Source of the DNA: Chloroflexota bacterium
GTDB taxonomy: Bacteria > Chloroflexota > UBA11872 > VXOZ01
Direction of reading: 5' to 3'
Assembly (NCBI GenBank): GCA_963663275.1
Contig: OY760183.1
Coordinates: 2,304,001-2,368,000 of the forward strand
DNA length: 64,000 nucleotides
Under the pieces are notes generated by a model. It worked only from the letters and a program-made list of their open reading frames with translations, searched no databases and was not told where the DNA came from. The translations under genes were made by a program, and so were the position numbers. Positions within the stretch are counted from its first letter, which is position 1. Every line of letters starts with the position of its first letter. Shown here piece by piece: positions 1 to 10,876 of this stretch.

Positions 1-1
1 C

Positions 2-1351
2 ATAAGCCCCGGCCACGAGCACCGGATCGCCGGCAGAAAGATTACCGCCGATGGTCGGCACCGGGTTGGCCGGGTCAAAGGTGAAGGCGCTGGCCCGTCC
101 GCCGGGAGACGGTGTGTCGGGGTCGAGCGCGCCGTCGGCGTGCAGGTAGTAGGGCGTCCAAGCGGTACGCGCCAGCGGCCACTCGTCTTCCGCGCGCCAG
201 TGGCCGCCGTGGTCCAGGCGGCCGTCGCTGTTGCGCGCGCCGCTGCCGCCGCCCATGACGAAGATCTGCACCGGCTTGGTCTGCGCCGCGCCGGTATCCT
301 TGCCTTTCAGCCAGTGGTCGAACCAGCGGAGCCGCAGTTCGTTCATGTCGTAGATCGCCGCCTCGCGGCCAAAGTCCACGTCGCCGGCGTGGGAGACCTC
401 GGCGCTGCCGGTGCCATGGGTAAAGGGACCCATGATGAGGGTCTGTGGCGAATCTTTCCGCTCGCTGAGCTCGACATAGTTGGTGCACGTCGAGCGCGCA
501 TACGAGTCGTACCAGCCGCCAAAGTAGACCGTGGGCACGTCGGCGTGCTGGTCGTAGAAGAGTTCCGGCCCGTAGCCGGGACGCTCCCAGTATTCATCCA
601 GGTCACCGTGGGTGAGCACATCCAGGTGCCACTGCTCATAGCTGGGCAACTCGGCCAGCGGCGACGCGCCTTTCTTCAGCGGCGCGTTCTGCACCCACTG
701 CGCCACGTTGGCGAAGGCGCTGTCCAGGCTCTGGCGCAGGCGCGGGTCGCTGAGCGCCTCTTTGCTGGTGGTGGCCATGCGGAAGGCGTAGATCATGAAG
801 CGCATCTCGCAGGCGCCGTTGTGGCGCATGGAGGCGGTGTGGTAGTTCCACGGCCCCTCCTCGACGAACATGCCCGCCAGCCCGGGCGGGTCCAGCGACG
901 CCAGTGCGCTCTGGGTGCACCCGGCGTAACTGCACCCCGTGGTGGCGACCTTGCCATTGCTCCAGGGCTGCTCCACGATCCACGCGCAGGTGTCGTAGCC
1001 GTCCGGCCCCTCGTCGCCAAAGGCGTACCACTCGCCCTCCGACGTGAACCGCCCCCGCACGTCCTGGATCACCACCACGTACCCCCGCCGCGCATAATAA
1101 TGCCCCTTCCGCCGCAAGCCGAGACCCGTCTTGTCATACGGCGTGCGCTCGAGAATGACGGGGAACGCGCTTTCGATTGCTTCCAAGTCGTCCCCGGCGA
1201 GCCCGACGCTTCCCGCTCTGCCATCCCTTGGCAGCGCCGGTCGATACACGTCCGTCCCGAGCTTGATCCCATCGCGGGCGGTCATCATCACGTTTCGATC
1301 GACTACAACGCCGTACTGTTGTGAGGAACCTCGTTCGTCAGTCACGGACAT
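2..1351 (-). CDS. CocE/NonD family serine hydrolase (3' end runs off the window)
   Basis: Read by hand on the minus strand (not in the ORF track): MSVTDERG...VMMTARDGIKLGTDVYRP...VILERTPYDK...GYVVVIQDVRGRFTSEG...GCSYAG, with the GxSYxG nucleophile motif. ATG at 1351 has GAAAGGT upstream. Confidence 0.9.
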   Translation of the reverse strand, partial: MSVTDERGSSQQYGVVVDRNVMMTARDGIKLGTDVYRPALPRDGRAGSVGLAGDDLEAIESAFPVILERTPYDKTGLGLRRKGHYYARRGYVVVIQDVRGRFTSEGEWYAFGDEGPDGYDTCAWIVEQPWSNGKVATTGCSYAGCTQSALASLDPPGLAGMFVEEGPWNYHTASMRHNGACEMRFMIYAFRMATTSKEALSDPRLRQSLDSAFANVAQWVQNAPLKKGASPLAELPSYEQWHLDVLTHGDLDEYWERPGYGPELFYDQHADVPTVYFGGWYDSYARSTCTNYVELSERKDSPQTLIMGPFTHGTGSAEVSHAGDVDFGREAAIYDMNELRLRWFDHWLKGKDTGAAQTKPVQIFVMGGGSGARNSDGRLDHGGHWRAEDEWPLARTAWTPYYLHADGALDPDTPSPGGRASAFTFDPANPVPTIGGNLSAGDPVLVAGAY

Positions 1352-1570
1352 ACCTTTCGTTATGCAGCACATTAACGGAGCGCATGGTGCCGCAAGAGTT
1401 GTCACTGTTTCGTCTACAGTGTGCCAGAAATCGGCGACACCGTGTGGCAGAGGCTGCCAAGTCAAGTGGAAGACTACTGAAATCGGACTGCGGCAGATTG
1501 CTGAATCGACGCCAACCGATCAGAAGTAGCCGCAGAAGCACCTAAAGGGCTGGGTTGTTGCCAATCCAGC

Positions 1571-3553
1571 TCAAACCCTCGTCACCCAGACGGGGCTGCT
1601 CCACGCCTGTGCCACGCGGCCGTGGACGAGGTCGCGTTGGCGCACGCGGGCGTAGTAGATTGCGCGGGCGGGGGGATTGTCGTCTGTCCAGTCGAGGCTG
1701 AAGTCGAGGGGCGCGCTGCTGCCGGGGAACCACTCCTGGTGAACGACGCTGAAACCGGCATCGGGTTGGTCGAGGTCGGCGCGCAGGACGTGAATCCAGC
1801 GTAGCGGGCCGGTGCCCAGCGCCTCCACGCGCACGGCAACCGGCTGGCCGGCGGCAATCGTGGTTTCGCCGCCCATGGGCTCGCCGTTCACCGTGAATTC
1901 CAGGTAGATGCGGGATCCGGTCGTGCCGTAGGTGCGGCGGTCGCGGATGGCGTCGAAGGCCGCCTCGCGGGTCAATTCAGGCGCCCAGACCGCCAGTGTG
2001 CCAAAGCCCTCTTTGCCCGGCTGCGCGCCGTGATTGTCCGACGACCCGATCACGCCCAGTTTGAGGCCCGCCAGCCAGGCGTCCACCGTGTAGTTGCCGG
2101 GATCGCCGGGGCCGTTGAAGGTGAAGTCGGAGACGTCCATCGAGAGGGGATGATCCGGCGCGTGCTCCTCGCTCAGGCCGTGTGACGAGTAGATTTCGAT
2201 GCTGGGGCGAAAGCTGGGGTTGTCGATACGCCAATCGTGCTTCACACCGCCGCCCGGCCGGGCAAAGCCGCCGGTGTGGTGGGGAATCGTGAACATCGCG
2301 CCCGTCAGGTTTTCGCGTTCGCCTCGCCGCCAGATGTCCTCCAGGGTTTCCTCGTCATTGTAGTAGAGCGGGCCCTCGCCGCCGCGGTAGTAGACGTTGT
2401 GGTGGCCGTAGGGCGCGCCAAAACTCGCCTCATAGCCCAGAATCGTGGCGAACGCGCCCGGCTCGTTCCACTTCTCCGTGTAGGCGACGTTCTGCCGCCA
2501 GTCGTCCTGGCTCATGCTGCGCCGGTCGTTGTGGTCGGAGGCGCAGTAGACGTCAAGCAGGGAAGCGTAGCGCGCGTAGCGGAAATGGTCGTCCCGCGTG
2601 CCGGTGCCGTCCCAGGAATACTGGCTGTGGGAGTGGATGTCACCCCAGAAGAGGCCGGTTTCAGGCGTCTCTTCTGACGCCTCTGCGGAAGCCACCACTT
2701 TGCTTGGGTTGGAGAGACCGTACAGCCTGCCGTCATGGGATGTGCCGCGTATCCGCAGCGCTCCTGATTCCGTAGGCGTGACCCAAAACTCTTGGCATCC
2801 CCAGGTGCTCGCATTGCCCAGCTTAACCGGATTTTCCGCAAGCGTAGCCGCGCCTGATTCGACCACTAGGTGAATAGCGGTTTCCGGCGCGGGCACGGGA
2901 TTGTGAAATTCGTCCAGCGCCACCATGCGCGCGCGCATCTCTCTGCCCACTGCGGCGCGAGACTCCAGCACGAGCAGCAGTTCCACCGGCGGCCCCGGCT
3001 CGTTGTTGAGCCAGGGCAAGGCGCCGTCCGGCAAGAGCGTGTACTCACCCTCGCCGGTCGCGTCCACCGCCGCACGCACTCGCTCCGGCGAGCCGCTCCA
3101 GAGCGGCGGCGTGAAGCCGCGACCGCCCCGGCTCACGTCGCCGTAGACCACGTTGATGGTGTCGCCCGCGCGCAGCGCGCCCTCTGAAACCGTCGCGGCT
3201 ACCGTCCAAGCGTACCGGCTGCTGGGTGGGTAGCCCACGTTGGCGCGGAAGGTCTTGACGTATTCGGCGTCGCTGGCATCGACGACTTCGCAGCGCAGGC
3301 GGACGCCGGGCCGGTCGGCATGGGCGGTGACGTAGAACGGCGCGGTGGGATCCACGCTTTGCACCCGGCGCGCCGAGTTGCGCCACCACTGGTGCCACCG
3401 CTCCGGCAGCGCGACCCGCAAGCCGCCGCCGGTGGCAATGCCCGCCGCGCCAACGGTATACGTCACCACCCACGAGCCCCAATCGCCCGCGCGGCCGGTG
3501 TTGGGCGCAATCGTAAGCGCGCCGGTTTCCGTAGACGATTGAGGGCTATTCAT
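1571..3553 (-). CDS. DUF3604 / CehA-McbA-like PHP-fold metallohydrolase
   Basis: Motifs WGDIHSHSQYSWDG, SDH, GHHNVY, IPHH, EIYSSHG, GSSDNH, YYARVRQ..AWSSPVWV. Start placed at MNSPQ; the ORF track extends to 3655. Confidence 0.8.
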   Translation of the reverse strand: MNSPQSSTETGALTIAPNTGRAGDWGSWVVTYTVGAAGIATGGGLRVALPERWHQWWRNSARRVQSVDPTAPFYVTAHADRPGVRLRCEVVDASDAEYVKTFRANVGYPPSSRYAWTVAATVSEGALRAGDTINVVYGDVSRGGRGFTPPLWSGSPERVRAAVDATGEGEYTLLPDGALPWLNNEPGPPVELLLVLESRAAVGREMRARMVALDEFHNPVPAPETAIHLVVESGAATLAENPVKLGNASTWGCQEFWVTPTESGALRIRGTSHDGRLYGLSNPSKVVASAEASEETPETGLFWGDIHSHSQYSWDGTGTRDDHFRYARYASLLDVYCASDHNDRRSMSQDDWRQNVAYTEKWNEPGAFATILGYEASFGAPYGHHNVYYRGGEGPLYYNDEETLEDIWRRGERENLTGAMFTIPHHTGGFARPGGGVKHDWRIDNPSFRPSIEIYSSHGLSEEHAPDHPLSMDVSDFTFNGPGDPGNYTVDAWLAGLKLGVIGSSDNHGAQPGKEGFGTLAVWAPELTREAAFDAIRDRRTYGTTGSRIYLEFTVNGEPMGGETTIAAGQPVAVRVEALGTGPLRWIHVLRADLDQPDAGFSVVHQEWFPGSSAPLDFSLDWTDDNPPARAIYYARVRQRDLVHGRVAQAWSSPVWVTRV

Positions 3554-3720
3554 GCATTGATCGCTTTCTTTGCCACTTGACGTATGGTGGGGCGCATGTG
3601 CGGTCCGGTCTCCGCGCCGCATTTGACATTCACCGACCACTACGCACAATAGCAAGTAGCGCGCATTCGCACAATCACAAACTACATGGCGCGGTGTATC
3701 ACGGGAGGTATGTAACCGGC

Positions 3721-4428
3721 GTGACGGAGCAAACGCTCAAAGCAATCGTCGCGGAGTTCGTGGGCGGGTTCTGCTTCTTCTTCATCGCCGCGGGTGCGGT
3801 GGTCACCGATGCGTACATCGTGGCGCGCGGCGGGCAAGGTCTGGGCCTCGTCGGCATGGCCCTGGCGAGCGGGCTGGGGCTGGCGGCGCTCGTCTGCGCC
3901 TTCGGTCACGTATCCGGCGCGCACTTCAATCCCGCCGTAACCGTGGCGGCCGCCATCGGCCGCCGGATAAGCATTCGAGACGGCGCTCTCTACGTTGTCG
4001 CTCAATTGCTGGCGGCGGCGCTGGCGGGCTTCACCCTGCGGGCGATCTTTCCAGCCGACGCTTGGCAGTCCGTAAATCTCGGCGCCCAGGCGGTGGCGGC
4101 GGATGTCTCATTCGGCGCGGCCGTCATGATAGAGGCTATCCTCACGTTCATTCTCGTAATCGTTATCTTCGGCGCCGCCTTGGACGCGCGCGCCCCCGGA
4201 GCCGGCGGATTCGCCATCGGCCTTACCGTGGCGGCGGGCATTCTCGTGGGCGGCCCGCTCACCGGCGGTTCCATGAATCCGGCGCGCACGTTCGGCCCGG
4301 CGCTGGCGGCGAACTTCTGGGATAGCCACCTTGTGTACTGGCTTGGCCCGCTCATTGGCGCGGTTTTCGCCGGTTTAGTCTACGGGTGGTTCTTCATGAA
4401 TCCCCAGCGGGAGGAAGGCCCGGCGTAA
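3721..4428 (+). CDS. MIP family channel (aquaporin)
   Basis: SGAHFNPAVT and GGSMNPARTFGP NPA motifs, six hydrophobic helices. GTG start after GGAGG. Confidence 0.93.
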   Translation: MTEQTLKAIVAEFVGGFCFFFIAAGAVVTDAYIVARGGQGLGLVGMALASGLGLAALVCAFGHVSGAHFNPAVTVAAAIGRRISIRDGALYVVAQLLAAALAGFTLRAIFPADAWQSVNLGAQAVAADVSFGAAVMIEAILTFILVIVIFGAALDARAPGAGGFAIGLTVAAGILVGGPLTGGSMNPARTFGPALAANFWDSHLVYWLGPLIGAVFAGLVYGWFFMNPQREEGPA

Positions 4429-4507
4429 GCGGATGCGCCGATGTGGTAGAATTCAGTGGCGCGACTTTGTGAAGCGCCGCACAAGCGGGTTACGTTAGGT
4501 GTGATCC

Positions 4508-6121
4508 TTGGCTAAGACATTGATTGAGCAATCAGCGACGGAGCCGGCGCAGTCCCAGGGCCGCGTCGTCATCTACGATACGACGCTGCGGGACGGCGCG
4601 CAGGCCGAGGGGCTTTCCTTTGCGGCCGCGGACAAGCTCAAGATTGCCCGGCGGTTGGATGAACTGGGCGTGCACTACGTGGAAGGCGGCTATCCGGGTT
4701 CCAATCCCAAGGACCAGGAGTTCTTCCGGCTGGCGCAGGAGATTGAGTGGAAGAACATCACGATAACGGCCTTCGGCAGCACGCGGCATAAGTCCACCAG
4801 CGTTGAGAACGATGCCAGCGTCAAGGCGCTCATCGGCACCGGCACGCGCGCGGTGTGCATTGTGGGCAAGGCGTGGGACCACCACGTGACGGCGGTGCTC
4901 GATACCACGCTCGCGAATAACCTGGCGATGATTGGCGAGACCATTGCCTACCTGAAACGCCATGGGCGGGAGGTCTTCTTCGACGCGGAGCACTTCTTCG
5001 ACGGCTACCGGGCAAATCCGGAGTACGCGCTGGCCGCCTTGCGCGCCGCCCAGGACGCGGGCGCCGACTGCCTGGTGCTCTGCGATACGAACGGCGGCAG
5101 CATGCCAAACGAAATCAGGGAGGTTACCCGCCGCGTGCGACAGGAGTGCGACGCGCCGCTTGGCATCCACGTGCACAACGACGCCGATCTGGCTACCGCC
5201 AATACCCTGGCCGCGGTGGAGTGCGGCGTGACGCACGTGCAAGGCACGATCAACGGCGTGGGTGAACGCTGCGGCAACGCCAATCTCTGCACGGTAATCC
5301 CTAACCTCCAACTCAAGCTGGGGTACACGGCCATTGAGGACGACCAGTTGCAGCATCTCTCCGACGCGGCGCGCTATGTGAGCGAGATCGCCAACATGGC
5401 GCTCAATCCGTTCATGCCCTACGTCGGGCATTCCGCCTTTGCCCACAAGGCCGGCTACCACGCCGACGGCATGGCGAAGAGCCGCATTGCCTACCAGCAC
5501 GTCGATCCGGCGCTGGTCGGCAACGAGATGCGGGTGCTCATTTCCGAGTTGAGCGGGCGCAGCAGCGTGCTCTCGCGCGCCGAGCGGCTGGGCCTGCGCC
5601 TCTCGCGCCAGAGCGAAGGCCTGCACGGCCTGGTGGAAGAGATCAAGGATCTGGAGCAGCGGGGCTTTCAGTTCGAGGGCGCGGAGGCGTCGTTCGAGTT
5701 GCTCATCAAGCGCCGCCAGCCGGACTACGCGCCGCCGTTCACGCTCTTGGATTTTCTCGTTCTGGTGGAGACACGCGGCGGCAGGAGCATGCTCTCAGAG
5801 GCTATGGTCAAGATCCGCGTGGGCGATGAAGTTCAGCACACCGCGGCGGAAGGCAACGGGCCGGTAAACGCCCTGGACGCCGCCATGCGCAAGGCCCTGG
5901 TTTCCGCGTACCCACAACTTGAGCACGTGCGACTCTTGGACTACAAGGTGCGCGTGCTCGATGAAAGCAGCGCGACCGCGGCCGGCGTGCGCGTGATGAT
6001 CGAGAGCACCAACGGCCATGCCGAATGGAGTACGGTGGGTAGTTCCACAAACATCATCGAGGCGAGCTATTCGGCGCTGGCGGACTCTTTGGAATACGCA
6101 ATCCTCGTGGCAGACCGATAG
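4508..6121 (+). CDS. cimA: Citramalate synthase (LeuA/CimA family)
   Basis: YDTTLRDGAQAEG, GGYPGSNPKD, DAEHFFDGY, HVHND, GERCGN, AFAHKAG and a C-terminal regulatory domain (GNGPVNALD). Confidence 0.88.
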   Translation: MAKTLIEQSATEPAQSQGRVVIYDTTLRDGAQAEGLSFAAADKLKIARRLDELGVHYVEGGYPGSNPKDQEFFRLAQEIEWKNITITAFGSTRHKSTSVENDASVKALIGTGTRAVCIVGKAWDHHVTAVLDTTLANNLAMIGETIAYLKRHGREVFFDAEHFFDGYRANPEYALAALRAAQDAGADCLVLCDTNGGSMPNEIREVTRRVRQECDAPLGIHVHNDADLATANTLAAVECGVTHVQGTINGVGERCGNANLCTVIPNLQLKLGYTAIEDDQLQHLSDAARYVSEIANMALNPFMPYVGHSAFAHKAGYHADGMAKSRIAYQHVDPALVGNEMRVLISELSGRSSVLSRAERLGLRLSRQSEGLHGLVEEIKDLEQRGFQFEGAEASFELLIKRRQPDYAPPFTLLDFLVLVETRGGRSMLSEAMVKIRVGDEVQHTAAEGNGPVNALDAAMRKALVSAYPQLEHVRLLDYKVRVLDESSATAAGVRVMIESTNGHAEWSTVGSSTNIIEASYSALADSLEYAILVADR

Positions 6122-6142
6122 CCCTGGTACGAAGGCAGGCGC

Positions 6143-7801
6143 ATGCCGCGTGCTCAATCTCAACGCCGCACCACTGACTCTGCGGGCGCGACAGAGCCTG
6201 GCCCGGGGGCTGCGGAGACCTTCGATCTGGTCGTGTACGGCGGCACGTCGGCCGGCGTCGCGGCCGCCGTCCAAGCAAGCCGGATGGGCGCGTCGGTTGT
6301 GCTTATTGCGCCGGAGCGCCACCTGGGCGGCCTCTCCGCCAGCGGTCTCGGTTTTACGGATGCCGGTAACACGGCCGTAATCGGGGGCCTCGCCCGCGAG
6401 TTTCACCGGCGCATCTGGGAGCACTACGAGTCCCCCGATGCTTGGAAGTGGCAGACGCGCGCGGAATACGGCAATCGCGGCCAGGGCACGCCCGCCGTCG
6501 ACGGCGAGCAGCGGACGATGTGGACCTTCGAGCCGCACGCGGCGGAGAAGGTCTTCGAGGATCTCGTAGCGGAGCACAGTCTCGACGTGCGGCGTGACCA
6601 ATGGCTGGACCGCGAGCACGGCGTCACCGTTCAGGAAGGCCGCATCCGGCGCATTACGACCGTGAGCGGGTCCACCTTCGCGGGCGCAGCCTTCATCGAC
6701 GCGACCTACGAAGGCGACCTCATGGCCGCGGCCGGCGTCTCGTACCGGGTCGGTCGCGAAAGCGCTGCGGATTTCGGCGAGCAATGGGCGGGCGTGCAGA
6801 AGAACGCCCGCCACCATGGCCACCATTTTCCCGATGGGGTGGACCCCTATCTCGTCCCCGGTGATCCGTCCAGCGGCCTGCTGCCGCGCATCAGCGCGAA
6901 ACCACCCGGGGCAGACGGGCGCGGGGATCGCCGGATTCAGGCCTACTGCTTCCGTCTGTGCCTCACCACCGTGCCCGAGAACCGCGTGCCCTTCGCCAGG
7001 CCGGACGGCTACGACCCGCGGCAGTACGAACTGCTGCTCCGGGTTCTGGATACGGGCTGGCGGGAGATGTTTCGGAAGTTCGACCCGATTCCAAACGCCA
7101 AGGTGGATGCGAATAACCACGGACCCTTCAGCGCCGACAACATCGGGATGAACTACGCGTATCCGCAAGGTACCTACGAGGTCCGGGAGCGGATCGTTCA
7201 AGAGCACGTGCGCTACCAACAGGGATTGCTCTATTTCCTATCCAACGATCCCCGCGTGCCGGAGGACGTGCGCACGTCCTGTGCGCAGTGGGGACTTGCC
7301 CGCGACGAATTCACGGACAACGAAAACTGGCCCTACCAGATCTACGTGCGGGAAGCGCGCCGGCTGGCAGGTGAATTCGTCATGACCGAGCACGAATGCC
7401 TCGCCAAACGGGAAACGCCGCAGCCGGTTGGGATGGGCTCGTACACCATGGACGCGCACAACGTGCAACGCTACGTCACAGACGAGGGATACGTGCAGAA
7501 CGAAGGGGATATCGGCGTGAAACCGTTGCGCCCGTACGGCATCGCCTACGGTTCGCTGACGCCAAAACGTGATGAAGTGCAGAACCTGCTCGTCCCGGTC
7601 TGCGTCTCCGCGTCGCACATCGCCTATGGCTCGATCCGCATGGAACCGGTGTTCATGATTCTGGGGCAGTCCGCCGCAACGGCGGCGGCAATCGCCATCC
7701 GGCGCGGAGTCCCCGTGCAGGAGGTCGACTACACAGAGTTGCGCGCCCGGCTGGCTCAGGACGGCCAGATTTTGGAGTTCACACCTGGGCAGCCGGCGTA
7801 G
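6143..7801 (+). CDS. FAD-dependent oxidoreductase (PF12831-type)
   Basis: DLVVYGGTSAGVAAA Rossmann motif, FIDATYEGDLMA, YVREARR, SASHIAYGSIRMEP. Confidence 0.85.
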   Translation: MPRAQSQRRTTDSAGATEPGPGAAETFDLVVYGGTSAGVAAAVQASRMGASVVLIAPERHLGGLSASGLGFTDAGNTAVIGGLAREFHRRIWEHYESPDAWKWQTRAEYGNRGQGTPAVDGEQRTMWTFEPHAAEKVFEDLVAEHSLDVRRDQWLDREHGVTVQEGRIRRITTVSGSTFAGAAFIDATYEGDLMAAAGVSYRVGRESAADFGEQWAGVQKNARHHGHHFPDGVDPYLVPGDPSSGLLPRISAKPPGADGRGDRRIQAYCFRLCLTTVPENRVPFARPDGYDPRQYELLLRVLDTGWREMFRKFDPIPNAKVDANNHGPFSADNIGMNYAYPQGTYEVRERIVQEHVRYQQGLLYFLSNDPRVPEDVRTSCAQWGLARDEFTDNENWPYQIYVREARRLAGEFVMTEHECLAKRETPQPVGMGSYTMDAHNVQRYVTDEGYVQNEGDIGVKPLRPYGIAYGSLTPKRDEVQNLLVPVCVSASHIAYGSIRMEPVFMILGQSAATAAAIAIRRGVPVQEVDYTELRARLAQDGQILEFTPGQPA

Positions 7802-7827
7802 GCGCTGGGGGAAATCGCGCGGAAGGA

Positions 7828-9099
7828 CTAAGTGGTAGCCGGCCGCTGCGCACCGGATGTGCCGGCCGGCGTTACGGCAGCGCCGCGCACGCCCTTCATG
7901 CGGGCCACCCATTGCTCAGGCGCGTTGATTTCTTCCAGCGTCGGCATGGCGTGCTCGGATTCCCACACGCGATTGAGGAAGGGCATGTCCTCCTCAGCCA
8001 CCACGTGGCGCACGAAGCGCTCTCCCAGTCGGTATTGCGCCAGTTTGAGGTCGAAGCCGAGCAAGCGCATCAAAGCCCGTTCCAGTGAACCGCGTTTGCG
8101 CTCTTCCAAACGCTGGCGCATGTCGGGAAAGCCCGGTATCAGTTGCTCGCCGAGCGCATCCATGACGTAGTTGCCGTAGCCTTCCACCAGACTCATCACG
8201 CCCTGCACGCGCACCAGCGTGTCCCGCTGTTCCGGCGTGGTGAGCAGGTCCATCAGACCGCCCAAGCCCTCGCCTCCGCCGGTGTCGTCGGCTCCGGGCA
8301 GCAGCATCGCGCGCAATGGGTGCGGCGAATCGCGCAAGAGCACGCGAAAACTCTCCACGTAGGACTCGATGAGGCTCCCTAGGTATTCCGCCAGCCACGG
8401 CGCTACCTGGAATTGGATCGCGTGGGTGGTCTCGTGGAGCGCGATCCACAGTCGGAAAGCGTCCGGCGGGATTTCGAGGCGTTGCTGCAAGCGGCGGATG
8501 TTGGGCTCCACGAAATAGATGCGGCTATCCTGCGCGCTCAGATCGCCCTGCGCGGAGGACAACTGCGTTGCGGACGGCGGCGGCGCCAGGAAGGGCATGT
8601 CGAACTGGCCCAACACGTGCCGCGACAGAAAGCCCAGCACGATGCCCATCTGCCCGGAGAGCGTCAGTTGCATGCCGCCGTGGGCCAGCCGGAACAGGGT
8701 GCCGCTTTGCGCGCCAACGGTGTCGAGATAGACCTCTTCCAGGGGCAGCAGCAGGCGTTGGACGACTGCGAGATTGCGTTGCACCCAGAGAGGGCGGTCC
8801 AGCACCTCGACGACGTGGCGGTCTGAGGCCGCGGCGATTTGCAAGAACGGGACAATCCGCTCGTGACTCAAGCCCACCAGCGCCTGGTACTCATCCAGGA
8901 GGGCTGCCCGCGCCGGCGCCGGCAGCACGCCGTCGGGGTTGCGCGCGGCCAGGCGCAGCGCAATCCTCTCGGTTCGCTGCCAATCGATGATGTCCGGCTG
9001 CACCCGCGCGGCGATGCGGCGGGCGAGAATGTATCCCCCGCTGAGCAAGAGGCCGATGGCGCCGCCGAGGAGGACGGCTTTGCGCTGTCCGGGCGTCAT
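7828..9099 (-). CDS. Zincin-like metalloprotease (DUF2342 type) with N-terminal membrane anchor
   Basis: WIALHETTHAIQF (HExxH), MSLVEGY, K..QY..GERF, PTLEEI..PEQW. Confidence 0.85.
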   Translation of the reverse strand: MTPGQRKAVLLGGAIGLLLSGGYILARRIAARVQPDIIDWQRTERIALRLAARNPDGVLPAPARAALLDEYQALVGLSHERIVPFLQIAAASDRHVVEVLDRPLWVQRNLAVVQRLLLPLEEVYLDTVGAQSGTLFRLAHGGMQLTLSGQMGIVLGFLSRHVLGQFDMPFLAPPPSATQLSSAQGDLSAQDSRIYFVEPNIRRLQQRLEIPPDAFRLWIALHETTHAIQFQVAPWLAEYLGSLIESYVESFRVLLRDSPHPLRAMLLPGADDTGGGEGLGGLMDLLTTPEQRDTLVRVQGVMSLVEGYGNYVMDALGEQLIPGFPDMRQRLEERKRGSLERALMRLLGFDLKLAQYRLGERFVRHVVAEEDMPFLNRVWESEHAMPTLEEINAPEQWVARMKGVRGAAVTPAGTSGAQRPATT

Positions 9100-9320
9100 G
9101 GGACGACCGCGGGCGGCGCGGCGGTTTGCGGCCGATGGAAGTGTCTATCGTGTGTCACGTCGGAACCTCTGTGTCTTGCAAGTCGCCAAGACTATCATAC
9201 CCGCGTGGGGCGCGGGTATGATCTTCTCTCTGTAACCGCTTACCCGCCCTCTCGCTCTTCGTGGCGGGAAGGCAGGATGCGGCGGAACATATCACGCACT
9301 GTGCCGGTCATGATTGCGGT

Positions 9321-9590
9321 TCACGTGGGCGCGGCTACGGTCTCCTTGCCGGTGGCGGCCTTCACCCGCTCGGCCAACTCGCCGTCCGTGCCGGCCTCAA
9401 CCGCGATTTGCGTGAAGGCCTCCGCGCTCAGGCCGAGATCGCGCAGCACCTGCTGGTCCATGGGGCACGGATAGATGTATTCGCCGATGTAGCCGTCGTG
9501 TTCGGCGCGGGCCTTGTCGGCCATGCGGCCAATCCACTCCAGCCCGTCAATGACAACCTCGCGTCCGCGCGGTTTCCATTCCTCTGCCAT
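9321..9590 (-). CDS. Small DUF5069-like protein
   Basis: 89 aa with RMADKARA...GEYIYPCPMDQ, resembling DUF5069. ATG follows GAAGGAG. Confidence 0.65.
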   Translation of the reverse strand: MAEEWKPRGREVVIDGLEWIGRMADKARAEHDGYIGEYIYPCPMDQQVLRDLGLSAEAFTQIAVEAGTDGELAERVKAATGKETVAAPT

Positions 9591-9604
9591 CGTTCGCTCC
9601 TTCT

Positions 9605-10678
9605 TTACATTGCGGCGGTCAACGACGCGCGCCCAAACACCGCGGCGATCAGCGAGCGTACCCGCTCTGCCGGTGACCCGCAAGCCAACGGGAAGAGCGC
9701 CAGCGCCAACGCCTGATCCAGCTTCCGCCGCATCGGTGCGCGGCGGCGCTCCGGCGGCCCAGTCTGACCCTGGAGCATCAGCCGCAGCGCCTGACTCCAC
9801 AGCAACAGGTGCTGCATGTCCAGGTGCGCGCTTTCGATGTATCCGTTCTCACCGTACCACTGCGGTTTGGCATGGGTCAAGAGTGATTGGGGCGCCTGGG
9901 CCGGGTCGGAGAGACTGGCCGCGGCGGCGTATTGGGCCAAGCGCGCTTCCGGCCAGTCGAGACCGACGACGGCAAAGTCTACGAACCAGACGGCGCTGCC
10001 GTCGGTCAGCACGTTGCGCGGCGTGCAATCGCGGCCGCCAAATGTCAGGCGGCCGGCGGTGAGCGCCTGCGCAAGTTCCGCCCAGGCGTCATGCAGCGCA
10101 GGCTCCCATCCGGACGGCGGCGTTACACCGCAGAACGCGGCCAGTTGCGCAAACGTCTCCGGGGCTTGCCGGCAGCGGGCGCGCGCTTCCGCTTCGCGGC
10201 GGCGGCGTTCGTCCGTTTGTTGCTGCCGCGGCAGGCGGGCGGCAAGGCCTTGAAAGGCCGTTTCCAGAGCGGTTGAACCCTTGATCAGCGCGTGCGCCAC
10301 GCTGGGCAGACCGTTTTGCCGCCCGGTTGGCGATGGTGGTGCCGCCTGGATTTCCGCCGCGAGGGTGCGCTTGCCCACCCAAGCCGTCACCAAGGTGCGC
10401 TGGCAGGGATCCCAGTGAAGCGGCTCGGGCACCGGCGCGCCGAGCCGGTAGAGCATCCGCAGCACGCCAAACTCCACCTCTCCCGCGCCGGCGTGGGCGT
10501 GGCGCTTGACCGCCGCCTGCTCGCCGGATGCCAGCACCGCCCGCCACACCGCCGCACCCTGCGCGCCCCCTCCGGCTACCGGCCGCAGCGAGCGCACCGG
10601 GCCGAGCGTGGCAGCGACGTATTGCCGCAGCGCCTGAGTCTCTTCTTTGTTCTTCGAATCGTTCACCGTGCGTCTCAT
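9605..10678 (-). CDS. Aminoglycoside-phosphotransferase-like (APH/kinase fold) protein
   Basis: AVKRH, GAPVPEPL, RDCTPRNVL catalytic loop, FVDF motif. Confidence 0.7.
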   Translation of the reverse strand: MRRTVNDSKNKEETQALRQYVAATLGPVRSLRPVAGGGAQGAAVWRAVLASGEQAAVKRHAHAGAGEVEFGVLRMLYRLGAPVPEPLHWDPCQRTLVTAWVGKRTLAAEIQAAPPSPTGRQNGLPSVAHALIKGSTALETAFQGLAARLPRQQQTDERRRREAEARARCRQAPETFAQLAAFCGVTPPSGWEPALHDAWAELAQALTAGRLTFGGRDCTPRNVLTDGSAVWFVDFAVVGLDWPEARLAQYAAAASLSDPAQAPQSLLTHAKPQWYGENGYIESAHLDMQHLLLWSQALRLMLQGQTGPPERRRAPMRRKLDQALALALFPLACGSPAERVRSLIAAVFGRASLTAAM

Positions 10679-10876
10679 TCTTCACTCTGCCGCAGCGCTC
10701 AGGCTCCCGCGCCTGGGGTAGATTGTGCGGCAGGCGCATTTCGATCACCGACCGGATAGGCAGGATAAGCCGCTGTCTACCCATGCCCCTTTTGTGGGCG
10801 CATGGGCGCTATGGTATCATCACAGGGATGAACGCGGCGGCAGAAGTAAGCACGAATCAAGTGTAGGCGGCACGGC

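Noticed and set aside
140-1324. 394-aa plus-strand ORF
   Set aside because: Shadow of the minus-strand CocE/NonD gene, which the track missed because it has no stop inside the window.
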